From: Rhodoplanes sp. Z2-YC6860
Lineage (GTDB): Bacteria; Pseudomonadota; Alphaproteobacteria; Rhizobiales; Xanthobacteraceae
Length of the DNA stretch: 64,000 bases
Reading direction: 5' to 3'
Assembly: GCF_001579845.1 (NCBI RefSeq)
Contig: NZ_CP007440.1
Coordinates: forward strand, 2,810,029-2,874,028
A program made the translations under genes and the position numbers. This document shows positions 1 through 9,432 of this stretch, in pieces. The number at the start of each line of letters is the position of its first letter. Position 1 is the stretch's first letter. The notes beneath the pieces were generated by a model. It worked only from the letters and a program-made list of their open reading frames with translations, made no database searches and was not told the DNA's origin.

Positions 1-53
1 TCATCGAACGCCACAAGGTTTGAGCCGATAACAACAAACCAGGGAGGAACGCC

Positions 54-920
54 ATGTATGCGGTGGTAGGCGCCACGGGAAACACCGGGCGCGCGGTCGT
101 CAAGGAGCTCAAGGCCCTCGGCGAGAATCCGGTCTGCGTCGTTCGCAATGCCGACAAGGCCAAGGACGTGCTCGGCGCGGACACCAGGACGGCGATCGCC
201 GAGCTCGACGATCGCGCCGCGATGGAGAAGGCGTTGGCGGGCGCCAAGCGCGTCTTCGTCGTCACCGGTCACAACCCGAAGTCCGATGTGCAGCAGATCA
301 ATGTGATCGATGCCGCCAAGGCCGCGGGCGCCGAATACATCGTCAAGGTGTCCGGCGGCCGCGACGTGATCGGTCCGAACGTGGAATCGGTGAATGGCCA
401 GGCGCACTACAAGATCGAGGAGCACCTGAAGAAATCCGGGCTGCAATGGTGCATCCTGAGCCCCGGCCTGTTCATGCAGAACATCCTGGGGCAGGCCGCC
501 AACATCAAGGACCAGGGCAAGATCATCCAGCCATGGCCGAAGGATCTGTCGGTCGCGCTGATCGACGTGCGCGACACCGGCGCGCTCGGCGCCCGCGTGC
601 TGCGCGATCCGCAAAAGCACAACGGCAAGCTCTACTCGTTCAGTGGTGTGAGCACCACGTTCGGCGATTTCGCCAAGGTGATCGGCGATACCATCGGCAA
701 GCCGCTCACCTACGTCGAGATCACGCTGGAGCAGGCGGAAGCCGGAATGAAGTCGCGCAACATGCCGGACTGGCTGGTGGCGCATCTCATCTCGATCGCG
801 CGGGCGGGCGGCAAGGGCGCGTTCTCGCACGAGAACACCCAACCGATCCGCGACATCGTCGGCCGTGAGCCGATCACGACGAAGCAGTTCGCGCAGGATT
901 TTAAAGGCGCATTCAGCTGA
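54..920 (+). CDS. NmrA-like NAD(P)-binding oxidoreductase (SDR superfamily, atypical)
   Basis: N-terminal GATGNTG Rossmann motif, 288 aa, NmrA-like layout. AGGGAGGA RBS 8 nt upstream of ATG. Confidence 0.7.
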   Translation: MYAVVGATGNTGRAVVKELKALGENPVCVVRNADKAKDVLGADTRTAIAELDDRAAMEKALAGAKRVFVVTGHNPKSDVQQINVIDAAKAAGAEYIVKVSGGRDVIGPNVESVNGQAHYKIEEHLKKSGLQWCILSPGLFMQNILGQAANIKDQGKIIQPWPKDLSVALIDVRDTGALGARVLRDPQKHNGKLYSFSGVSTTFGDFAKVIGDTIGKPLTYVEITLEQAEAGMKSRNMPDWLVAHLISIARAGGKGAFSHENTQPIRDIVGREPITTKQFAQDFKGAFS

Positions 921-939
921 GGCTGGAAGGCCCCGCCAG

Positions 940-1080
940 CCGCACCGGCGGTGAACTCCCTCTCCCCAACGGGGAGAGGGTTGGGGTGAGGGGGCCTCAG
1001 TCCCTCGATAGACCGTACTCCCTCACCCGCCGCACTTCGTGCGGCGACCTCTCCCCATGGGAGAGGTGAAGGGGCTGCTG
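940..1080. repeat. Cluster of REP-like GC-rich palindromes
   Basis: Short perfect palindromes: ctctcccc-aac-ggggagag, cgccgcac-ttc-gtgcggcg, cctctccc-catg-ggagagg. Same family recurs at 4501, 10425, 11868, 49752, 50228 and 52690. Confidence 0.55.
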
Positions 1081-1106
1081 TACCACCGATTCAATTCCGA
1101 CGATTT

Positions 1107-2336
1107 CTAACTCCGCTTCACATTCGAAATCCGTGTCGGCACGCCGAATTCGCGGTGGCACACCTCGGCGAGCGCCGCGATGCCGGTGCGGATTTCGTCA
1201 TGCGTCGGGCTTGCAAAGCAGAGCCGCATGCGGCTCTTGCTGTGCTCGCGGTTCACCGACCATTCCGGCCCGGGATTGATCGCGACGCCGGCCTTGAGCG
1301 CCGGCTGGTAGAGCTTCAGCGTATCGACGTTGTCGGGCAGCTTGACCCAAAGGAAGATGCCGCCCTTGGGCTCCTCGAACTCGGCCGCTGTGCCGAACTG
1401 TTCGTTGAGTGACTCCATCAACGTGTCGAGCTTCTTGCGCAGCCCGCGCGTCAGAACCGGCACATGTTCGGCGAAATGCGGCCCGCAGTATTCGGCAAGC
1501 ACCATCTGCTCCAGCGAGCCCGAACCCGCGTCGAACTTGATCGACAGCATCCGCGACAGGATCTGCCAGGGCGCGACGATGTAGCCGACGCGCAGCGCCG
1601 GCGCGATCGATTTGGAGAACGAGCCGATGTGGATCACGTTCGCGGTCTTGCTCATGGCATGCAGCGCCGGCGGCCGCTTGTGATCCCAGATCAGGTCCGC
1701 GTAGCAGTCGTCCTCGAAAATCGGCACGCCGTACTGCTCGGCAAGCTTCAGCATCTCGGCGCGGCGCGCCTCGGGCAGGATTGTGCCGGTCGGATTTTGC
1801 ACCGTCGGGATGGTGTAGATGTACTTCGGCCGGACGCCGCGGCTTTTCAGCTCGTCGAGCGCGTTCGCCAGCGCGTCCATCCGCATGCCGTCGCGATCGA
1901 GCGGGATGCCGACGATGTTGACGCCGAGCCGCGTCAGCCGATTGATCGAGCCCTGATAGCACTCCTGTTCGATGATCACGGTGTCGCCGCGCGCAAGCAG
2001 TGCACCATTGACCAGATCGAGCCCCTGCAGCGAGCCCGACGTGATCATGATCTCGTCGGCCGTGCAGGTCATGCCGGCGTCGCGCTTGAGCTTCGTGACC
2101 AGGAAATCGCGCAGCGCGCGATAGCCCTGGGGGCCGCTCATCAGACCGTAGGTCGCAAGCGTCCGGCCTTCGCGCTTCAGCACCGAATTCGCCGACGCTA
2201 TCAGCCCATCGAGCGGCAGTTCGTCGCCGTCGTTGTTGCCGCCGGTGAAGTTGTATTTCGGCAGGCCGGTGTATTTCACGGCCGGCGCGGGATGGCCCGC
2301 GGGCACGAGCGGCGTGAAGTCGAAGGCGGTGGTCAT
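1107..2336 (-). CDS. PLP-dependent aminotransferase, class I/II fold (2-aminoadipate/MocR-like, no HTH domain)
   Basis: 410 aa from the ATG at 2336; the track ORF extends upstream without an RBS. SFSKS lysine region and aminotransferase class-I layout. 13-nt gap after the P450 stop. Confidence 0.75.
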   Translation of the reverse strand: MTTAFDFTPLVPAGHPAPAVKYTGLPKYNFTGGNNDGDELPLDGLIASANSVLKREGRTLATYGLMSGPQGYRALRDFLVTKLKRDAGMTCTADEIMITSGSLQGLDLVNGALLARGDTVIIEQECYQGSINRLTRLGVNIVGIPLDRDGMRMDALANALDELKSRGVRPKYIYTIPTVQNPTGTILPEARRAEMLKLAEQYGVPIFEDDCYADLIWDHKRPPALHAMSKTANVIHIGSFSKSIAPALRVGYIVAPWQILSRMLSIKFDAGSGSLEQMVLAEYCGPHFAEHVPVLTRGLRKKLDTLMESLNEQFGTAAEFEEPKGGIFLWVKLPDNVDTLKLYQPALKAGVAINPGPEWSVNREHSKSRMRLCFASPTHDEIRTGIAALAEVCHREFGVPTRISNVKRS

Positions 2337-2349
2337 GACGGTCGGCCTC

Positions 2350-3585
2350 TTACTTGACTGAAACGGGATAATGCAGAAAACCGCGGAACCGGGCGCGGCC
2401 GCCCCGGTCCGGCTCGCTGGTGCATTCGATCGACTTGAAGCGGCGCACGAGCTTGCCGATCGCAACCTGCGCCTCCATCCGCGCCAGCGAATTGCCGGCG
2501 CAGGTGTGAATGCCGAAACCGAAGGCGAGATGCCGGTTCGGCGTGCGGCGGATGTCCAGTGTATCGGGCTCGGGAAACTGGGCCGGGTCGCGATTGGCCG
2601 CGCCGATGCACAGATGCACGTAGGTGCCGGCCGGCATCGCGGTCTCGCCGATCCGCGTGTCGGCGGCCGCGCGGCGGTTGCCGAGCTGGTTCGAGCTTTC
2701 CATGCGCAGGAATTCTTCGATCGCGGTTTCGATGGTCTGCGGATGCGCGGCAAGATCGCGCATGACGTCGGGGTGGCGCCGCAGCAGATCGATGCCGTTG
2801 CCAATCAGGTTGGTGGTGGTCTCATGGCCGGCGTTAAGCAGAAAGATGCAGTTGTGCAGGAGCTCGAGCTCCGAGAGCTTGTCGCCGGAAGGCTCAGTAC
2901 CGCCGAGATCGGTCGCGCCGATCAGCGTGGACAGGATTTCGCCCGGGTCTTGCGCGCCTTCGCGCTGCCGCCGCGCCACGAGATCGCGCAGGAAGGCTTT
3001 GAATTCCTCGACCGCGGTCATGCCGCCGCCGAGTTGCTGCTCCGACAGCACCGGTTCCAGCGCGCCAAGGATGCTGAGAGACCAGTCGCGCAGCGGGCCG
3101 CGCTCGTCCTGCGGGATGCCGAGCATGTCGCCGATGAGCTGCACCGGGATCGCTGCGGCGAAATCCTCGATGAGATCGATTTGGCCATGCTCGGCCGCAT
3201 GGTCGAGCAGCCGATCCACCAGAAGCTCGATGCGCGGCTGCAACGCTTTCAGTGCGCGCGGCGTGAACGCCGGCGCCAGGAGCTTGCGGACCCGGGTGTG
3301 GATCGGTGGATCGTTGAACACGAGGCTCGTGGTGTGGTGTTCATAGAGCGCGCTGTCGCCGAACTTCGGCTTGAACTGCACGGTCTTGTCCGAGCTCCAG
3401 GTCTTGGTGTCGTGATAGACCGCGACGAGATCGTCATAGCGCGTGAGGAAATACGAACCATCCGGCATGCGGTGCACCGGATCGCGCTCGCGCAGCGCGC
3501 GGTAGGTCGGGTAGGGGTCGTCGAGAAACGCGCGGTCGAGCCGGTTGATGTCGAAGTCCGCCGCCATGTCCGCGACGATCGCCAT
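2350..3585 (-). CDS. cytochrome P450 monooxygenase
   Basis: FGFGIHTCAG heme-thiolate cysteine motif, AGHETT oxygen-binding motif, ExxR. 411 aa. Confidence 0.9.
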   Translation of the reverse strand: MAIVADMAADFDINRLDRAFLDDPYPTYRALRERDPVHRMPDGSYFLTRYDDLVAVYHDTKTWSSDKTVQFKPKFGDSALYEHHTTSLVFNDPPIHTRVRKLLAPAFTPRALKALQPRIELLVDRLLDHAAEHGQIDLIEDFAAAIPVQLIGDMLGIPQDERGPLRDWSLSILGALEPVLSEQQLGGGMTAVEEFKAFLRDLVARRQREGAQDPGEILSTLIGATDLGGTEPSGDKLSELELLHNCIFLLNAGHETTTNLIGNGIDLLRRHPDVMRDLAAHPQTIETAIEEFLRMESSNQLGNRRAAADTRIGETAMPAGTYVHLCIGAANRDPAQFPEPDTLDIRRTPNRHLAFGFGIHTCAGNSLARMEAQVAIGKLVRRFKSIECTSEPDRGGRARFRGFLHYPVSVK

Positions 3586-3588
3586 GTT

Positions 3589-4467
3589 TTATGCAAGCCC
3601 GCTGGCGCGGGCTTGCTCCAGCGCCATCACGGCCCAGTCCTTGTCGCCGTCGCCATGGGCCACCGCGCCGACGAGGCGATCGCGCCAGACATTGCCGCTC
3701 GGCAGCGGCACCGCGGCGATATTGCCGGCTTCGAGCGCTAGATTGGCGTCCTTCAGGCCGAGCACGGCCATCTGCCCGACCTTGCTGTAGCTCTCGTCGA
3801 CCATGATCTTGCCGTAGACCTTGTAGGCCGAGCAGTTGAACAGTCCGTCGGTCATCACGTCGAAGAAAACGCTGGTGTCGACGCCGTATTTGCGGGTGAG
3901 TGCGAAGCCTTCGCCCATCGCCTCGATGGCGCAGCCGAGCACGAAGTTGTTGGCGATTTTCATGGCGGTCGCGGCCTCCGGATCGGCGCCGCCTTCGAAG
4001 GTCTTGCGGCCGAGCGCGTCGAACAGCGGCTTGCATTTATTCATTGCGTCGGCTGGACCGGAGGCGAAGACGCCGGCGGTGCCGGACGACACCAGTTCCG
4101 GCCGGCCCATCATCGGTGCGCAGATCAGAAATTGGCCCTTGTCCGCATGGGCGGCCTTGAGCCTCTTGATCACCGGAATACCGTGGGTGCCGGCGCACAC
4201 GTGGATGCCGCCCTTGGGCAGTGCGTCGAGCAACCCTTGCCGGAAGACGACATCTTCCAACGCGGCGTCATCAGCCAGCATTGTGTAAATGACGTCGCCG
4301 TAGCGCGCCGCGTCTGCCACGGAGCCGACGAGCTTCGCACCCTGGTCGGCGAGCGGCTTGGCCTTGGCCGGCGTGCGGTTGTAGATGCCGATGTCGTGGC
4401 CTGCGGCGAGCAGCCGCCCGACCATCGCCCCGCCCATGCGGCCTGTCCCGATGAAACCGACCTTCAT
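3589..4467 (-). CDS. NAD(P)-dependent 3-hydroxyisobutyrate dehydrogenase-family oxidoreductase
   Basis: MKVGFIGTGRMGG Rossmann start, HIBADH/6PGDH-NAD-binding-like. AAGAGG RBS. Stop lies 3 nt from the P450 start. Confidence 0.8.
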   Translation of the reverse strand: MKVGFIGTGRMGGAMVGRLLAAGHDIGIYNRTPAKAKPLADQGAKLVGSVADAARYGDVIYTMLADDAALEDVVFRQGLLDALPKGGIHVCAGTHGIPVIKRLKAAHADKGQFLICAPMMGRPELVSSGTAGVFASGPADAMNKCKPLFDALGRKTFEGGADPEAATAMKIANNFVLGCAIEAMGEGFALTRKYGVDTSVFFDVMTDGLFNCSAYKVYGKIMVDESYSKVGQMAVLGLKDANLALEAGNIAAVPLPSGNVWRDRLVGAVAHGDGDKDWAVMALEQARASGLA

Positions 4468-4500
4468 GGCACAACCTCTTTCCATCGCTCAAACCTCGAC

Positions 4501-4617
4501 CCGTCATCCTGAGGTGCGAGCGCAGCGAGCCTCGAAGGATGGACGGCCTCAGTGTTGCAGCAGCCGGGCCGTCGACCCTTCGAGGCCCGCCTGCGGCGGG
4601 CACCTCAGGGTGACGGT
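4501..4617. repeat. Nested REP-type palindrome between two sub-operons
   Basis: Outer arms ccgtcatcctgaggtgc / gcacctcagggtgacgg (one mismatch). Inner arms cctcgaagg / ccttcgagg. Confidence 0.55.
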
Positions 4618-4640
4618 GTTAGATTAGCGTGTGCAACCAA

Positions 4641-5837
4641 TTACTGCAGCTGCCCGCGCACCCATTCGAGCTCGCGGCAGACATAGTCGACGATGTCGCC
4701 GGTCTTCAGATGATCCGGCAACACGTCCCAGGTGTAGGTCTCGATCTCGAGTTGCCGCGACAGCGGCTTCTGCTTGTGGAATTTGAGCGCATCCTCGATG
4801 GCAAAGCGCGTGGTGCCGAATTCGCCGAGGTCGTCGAGGAACACCGGCACATGGAAGTGCGTCCGCCACTCGCGCGGGCCGGGATCGCTCTCCCAGGCCT
4901 TGAAGGCGTCCTCCAGATTGAGGAAGCGGTTCAGCTTGCCGTCCTTCTTCTCGACGGTCTGCGTCAGATAGATCGTCTTGGCGTAGCGCTTCAGCGTGTC
5001 GACGATCTTCTGCGTGACGTTCGGAATCCGCATCGCCGCCGCTTCCTGCAGCTTGAAAATGGGAATGCCGGCATCGACCAGCTTCTGCAGCGACACCGGG
5101 ATGTCCTCGTAAACCACGGCCTGGTGGCAGATGTCGAACACCGTGCCGACGAACTTGCGCTGGCCGAGGATCGCATCGGCAATCGGGATGTTGGCGAACT
5201 TCGCCAGCATCTCGGCGGACTTGCCGGTGTAGAGATGGTTGGTGAAGTAATCGACCGTCTCGTCGGTGGTCTCGAGGAAGCAGAACGGCTCGGGCTCGAG
5301 CGCGAGGGTCACCACGCGGCCGGTGCGCTGTTCGAGCTTGATGAGATGCGAAGCCACCCGCATCACGTGCTCGGTGTAGCTGTCGATCACGGCCTTGCCG
5401 GTGACGTTCGGTTTGAAGCCCAGCGGCGCGCTCTGGATCGATGGCTGGATGCTTTCCGGCACCACGTCGGCGAGAATCTCGGCGACGTTGATGGTGTACT
5501 GGGTGCGCTCCTCGCTGCGCCAGTCGGGCTCGTAGACCTGCTCCTTGACGATGGTGTTCTTGAACGGCCCGTAGGGAAACGCGTTCACGGTGTAGAGATA
5601 CATGTTGTTGTCGGCGAGAAATTTCTTCAGCTTGTCGCGCTCGGGCTTGCTCTTCACGAGCGTCGCGGCCGACGCGTTGGACAGGCGCAGCGACACGCCG
5701 AACGGATCCTTGGGTGACACGCGCTTCTGCACCTGCGGCACGTAGGTGGTGAGCGACGTCCACATGTCGTCCCAGGTGTCGCCGGGATGCACCAGCGTCG
5801 AGTAGGTCAGGTGGCCGAGGCCCTTGCCGAGATCCAT
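4641..5837 (-). CDS. Xylose-isomerase-like TIM-barrel protein, long form (sugar-phosphate isomerase/epimerase-like); family uncertain
   Basis: 398 aa. LALEPEP and FDICHQ motifs typical of AP-endonuclease-2 / xylose-isomerase-like metal sites. No closer assignment possible. Confidence 0.4.
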   Translation of the reverse strand: MDLGKGLGHLTYSTLVHPGDTWDDMWTSLTTYVPQVQKRVSPKDPFGVSLRLSNASAATLVKSKPERDKLKKFLADNNMYLYTVNAFPYGPFKNTIVKEQVYEPDWRSEERTQYTINVAEILADVVPESIQPSIQSAPLGFKPNVTGKAVIDSYTEHVMRVASHLIKLEQRTGRVVTLALEPEPFCFLETTDETVDYFTNHLYTGKSAEMLAKFANIPIADAILGQRKFVGTVFDICHQAVVYEDIPVSLQKLVDAGIPIFKLQEAAAMRIPNVTQKIVDTLKRYAKTIYLTQTVEKKDGKLNRFLNLEDAFKAWESDPGPREWRTHFHVPVFLDDLGEFGTTRFAIEDALKFHKQKPLSRQLEIETYTWDVLPDHLKTGDIVDYVCRELEWVRGQLQ

Positions 5838-5856
5838 CGTTGAACTGCTTTCTTTC

Positions 5857-6882
5857 TCACGAAACTTTTTCGACTTGACCGGTCTTGGCCGAACGGATCA
5901 CCGCCTCGGTCACCGCGGCCCCGTGGATGATCTGCTCGGGCGGGATCGGGAAGGGCGCCTTGCCGTCGATGGCGCCGGCGAAGGCCTCGAAGGTGGCGCG
6001 TACGATGTCGAGCCGCTCGGCCTCCCAGGTCTCCGCGTTGCCTTTGACCGGCTGGAACTTGCAGGCGCCGAACTGCCGCGTCCGGCGCTCCTCCGACGGC
6101 GCACCGGCGACATGGGTGACGCCCTCGATCCGCACCCAGCCTTTCGAACCGAACGCCTGGAAGCCGAAGCCCGCGCCGGTCGTCGTCATGGTGCCGAGAT
6201 AGCCGGAGCTGCCGCCCCTCATCTTGAACAGCATGGAGGTGGTGTCGTCCGTGCCGTTCTGCACCACGCGGGCGAAGCTCTGGCAGTAGACCGTGTCGAT
6301 CTCGCCCGAGAGATAGATCATCGCGTCGATGGCGTGCACGCCCATCGGCGCAAGCCCGCCGAGCGGCGCCTCGTCCTTGTTGGAGCGCCAGGCGGTCGGC
6401 GGCAAAAACAATGCATTGGGATAGGTCATGCTCGCTTCGATGTGCTGAAGCGTGCCGAGGTCGCCGGCCTTGATGCGGCCTGCAAGCTTGATCATCTCCG
6501 GATGGAAGCGGCGGTTGTAGCCGATGCCGAGAATGCAGTTGGCCTTGCGCAGCGCCTCGACCGCCTGCTCGGCCTCCTTCTTGGTGAAGGTGAAGGGCTT
6601 CTCGCAATAGACATGCTTGCCGGCGGCGGCCGCGGCCGCAATCTGCGCAAGATGGCCGGACACCGGCGTCGCCAGCACCACGGCGTCGATCTTCGGGTCC
6701 TTCAGCACCGCCTCGTAGCTCGGCGCGATGGCAAGCCCGTGCTGCTTGGCGAAGGCTTCGTCGTCGGGCTTCACCGTGCGGGTCTGCATCGTGGTGATGC
6801 GCATCGCAGCGCCTGGGGCAGCGAGCGATTCCACCATGGTCCGGCCCCAAGTGCCCAGACCGACGACGGCAGCATTGATCAT
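5857..6882 (-). CDS. Gfo/Idh/MocA family NAD(P)-dependent oxidoreductase
   Basis: N-terminal AVVGLGTWG Rossmann motif, EKP motif, 341 aa. AGGAAAG RBS. Confidence 0.85.
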   Translation of the reverse strand: MINAAVVGLGTWGRTMVESLAAPGAAMRITTMQTRTVKPDDEAFAKQHGLAIAPSYEAVLKDPKIDAVVLATPVSGHLAQIAAAAAAGKHVYCEKPFTFTKKEAEQAVEALRKANCILGIGYNRRFHPEMIKLAGRIKAGDLGTLQHIEASMTYPNALFLPPTAWRSNKDEAPLGGLAPMGVHAIDAMIYLSGEIDTVYCQSFARVVQNGTDDTTSMLFKMRGGSSGYLGTMTTTGAGFGFQAFGSKGWVRIEGVTHVAGAPSEERRTRQFGACKFQPVKGNAETWEAERLDIVRATFEAFAGAIDGKAPFPIPPEQIIHGAAVTEAVIRSAKTGQVEKVS

Positions 6883-6907
6883 GCGAACTTTCCTATTTTC
6901 GACGAGT

Positions 6908-7285
6908 TCATTTGGGCCAGGTCAGCATCGCCAGCGCGATGCAGCACACGCTCCAGAATGCGCAGTATTCGATGCCGCCGATCACCCAGATCCACTTTTT
7001 GGTGACCTTGTAGGTCGCGGCGGCGGCGACGAAAAGATGGAAAGCTGCAATCAGCGCGACGTAGGGTGTGTAGATGCCGAACAGCAGCAACAACGTCAGC
7101 ACGGTCTCGATCGCGCCTGCGATATACATCCAGGTCGCCGGCGGATTGAACTTCGCGGCCTTGAAGAAGTTCAGCGTCGCGGGCTCGGTGAATTTGCCGA
7201 TCACGTGCGGCAGGAAGAACAGCGCGCAGGCGAGCCGCAGGATCACGGTTCCATCGAGCAGGTTGAATTTGTCAGCCCAAGACAT
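6908..7285 (-). CDS. DoxX family membrane protein
   Basis: 125 aa with four predicted TM helices in the DoxX pattern. GGGGGAAG RBS. Confidence 0.7.
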   Translation of the reverse strand: MSWADKFNLLDGTVILRLACALFFLPHVIGKFTEPATLNFFKAAKFNPPATWMYIAGAIETVLTLLLLFGIYTPYVALIAAFHLFVAAAATYKVTKKWIWVIGGIEYCAFWSVCCIALAMLTWPK

Positions 7286-7591
7286 GCGCTTCCCCCGTTT
7301 CGGCTTTCGCGGCGCATTTCAATGGATCGCGGAGGAGCGCGCAAGGGTGGGCGCAATTGTGTGTTGGCTGTCCCACCATGCGGGCGTTTGCCATCGGGCC
7401 TCAGCCTTGAATTTTGGACTTGGGATGCTCTCTCCCGGCCTCATGGTGAGGAGCTTGCCGAAGCGAACCGCAGGCAAGCGTCTCGAACCATGGGGCAGCC
7501 CCCATCCTTCGAGACGCGCGGCTTTGCCGCGCTCCTCAGAATGAGGGCGGAGAGAGCGCTCGCGCATGGCAGCGGCTAAGCAAAGCCCGCC

Positions 7592-8200
7592 TCACCACCC
7601 AATCTCCTTGTTACCCTTCAGCCATCCCGCGCCGAGCGTGTAAAGCTCGTCGGTCTTGGGGCCATCGAGGCCGGGCATGTCCTCCTTCACCTTGTAGCCG
7701 ACCTTGGTCTGCAGATAGGCGAGGTGGCGGTAGCCGACCGGAAAGCGCGCCAGCAGCTTCGGGTCGAGCTTCGGCGCCTTGGTCGGGTCGACCGGAATGA
7801 TCTGGTCCTTTTCATAAGTCAGGCGGCGCCAGACCAGGCCCCATTGGCCTTTGCGCTTTTCCAGGAAGTCATAGAACCGGCCGATGCAGATCACGTCGCA
7901 TTCGACGCCTTCGACCACGGCGCGCTGCGAGATCGACATCTTGGTCTGGGCGATGGCGCGCTTCTTCCTGATCTCGATCGAGGTGCCGCCGAGGAAATGA
8001 TAGATGCGCACGCCCTTGGCGTAGCCGGCCTTGTTGGCGGCGATGAATTCCTCGAACGTGCCTTGAAACCAGGTCGCCCACATCCGGCCTTCCGGATGCC
8101 AGACTGTCCTGAACTTGTCCCACTGCAGGCTGTCGCGCCAGACCGCCCAGTTGTCGATCAGCTCGCGGATCGCGAGCTTGTCTTCCATCTTGTTTTTCAT
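7592..8200 (-). CDS. NTF2/SnoaL-like fold protein
   Basis: 203 aa from MKNKMEDK. GGGAGG RBS at 8203-8208. Sequence pattern fits an NTF2-like alpha+beta cone. Confidence 0.45.
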   Translation of the reverse strand: MKNKMEDKLAIRELIDNWAVWRDSLQWDKFRTVWHPEGRMWATWFQGTFEEFIAANKAGYAKGVRIYHFLGGTSIEIRKKRAIAQTKMSISQRAVVEGVECDVICIGRFYDFLEKRKGQWGLVWRRLTYEKDQIIPVDPTKAPKLDPKLLARFPVGYRHLAYLQTKVGYKVKEDMPGLDGPKTDELYTLGAGWLKGNKEIGW

Positions 8201-8298
8201 TGTGCCTCCCGACGCCTGCTGGCGCCGGGAGAAAGACTGCCTCAACGTCCAGCCGGACACTAGGTCCAGTGGCGCAAGAAATGCTCGCAGCAGACAGG

Positions 8299-9432
8299 CT
8301 ATTCGGGAGGTGCGGGCCCCGGCCCGTTGACCTGGACCGCTTTGGCATTGGCGACATCGAACTGGAACGCACCGGCCTGCTGCGTCTCAGCTGCGGGTCT
8401 CCCTTGCAGTCGCGGATAGAACGCGGCGAGGCTGACAAACCGGTCGTGGTTCATTCCGCCGTCCGGCGACTGCAGCCGCGAGATGTCGATAATCCGGACC
8501 TTGGCCTTCACGGCGGCTTCCTGTACGAGCGGATTGTCGACATCCAGCGCGCCAGCCCGCACCCGCGAGCCTCCGGCGATGCTCGAGAACCTGAGCGCAG
8601 CGTCGTCCTTGGACACCAGGATTGTCAGCGGCGGCTTCAACGGGCCGATCGTCTGCACCTGAGAGCGAAACTCATCGACGTCGATGTCGGGCGCCGCGAG
8701 CACGACGCGGCCAAGACGCGCAATCACGCGGTCGCGGCGCTGTACGCGCAACTCCCGCAAGGCTTCGGCGGTCAGGAAGCCGCCCATGCTGTGCGCCACG
8801 ACCGTGATCTCGCCGACCTGCGGGCTGCCCGTCACCATCGCGAGCAGCGCCATGAGATCGTCACGCGAGGCGATCGCGGCCTTCCGGTCCGCATCATATT
8901 CGGCCACGTCGGCCTGCGACGGCCAGGCGAACAGAATCGGAGTTCCAGCGCCGCCGGCGTCGGCATCGATTTACGCCAGCCGATAGAGCGATTCCTGGAA
9001 GTTGTTGTTGAAGCCGTGGACGAAGATCAGCACGTTGTGCTTTTTGCCCGGGCGAGGCGGCGCGACGGCGTTGCGGAAATCTGCGTCTGTCAGCACCGCC
9101 TGATCGACGGTGGCAAAGCTCACGCGTGGATCGGCGGCCCCTTTCGGCCACTCGATATTGCCGGGCTGGTGATTGGATGGAACGGTCACGACGAACTTGG
9201 CGAAGTTGAGCGTGTCCGAGCGCTCCGCCGTGAACACGTTCCCGGTCGGTGCCGCGCGCTTGCGGGTGGTTGCCACGTAGACCGGCAGTGTCTTGGCGCC
9301 GGGAACGGCTGCGACCGGCGCCAGCACATCCGGCCCTGGGCGGGTGGCGCAGCCGATCAACATAAAGGCGAGCGCAACAAAGATCAGCGAATGCGCACTG
9401 CCACGTCCAAGCCAAGCGGGATTACACACCAT
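8299..9432 (-). pseudogene. DUF900-type alpha/beta-hydrolase lipoprotein interrupted by an in-frame TAA at 8971-8973
   Basis: Track ORFs 8971..9696 and 8299..8907 are in the same frame. Read-through gives ...FQESLYRLA*IDADAGGAGTPILFAWPSQAD...HSMGG. Signal peptide with lipobox LIGC. The stop replaces the Gln expected in the conserved YRxAQ segment. Confidence 0.6.

Noticed and set aside
2371-3741. Long antisense ORFs, for example 2371..3741 +, 5807..6850 -, 12036..14207 +, 22993..24603 +, 30533..33040 +, 39720..42854 +, 42683..44683 +, 47502..49199 +
   Set aside because: They overlap well-supported genes on the opposite strand. They have Arg/Ala/Gly-rich composition typical of high-GC antisense frames and lack RBS. 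Treated as artefacts.
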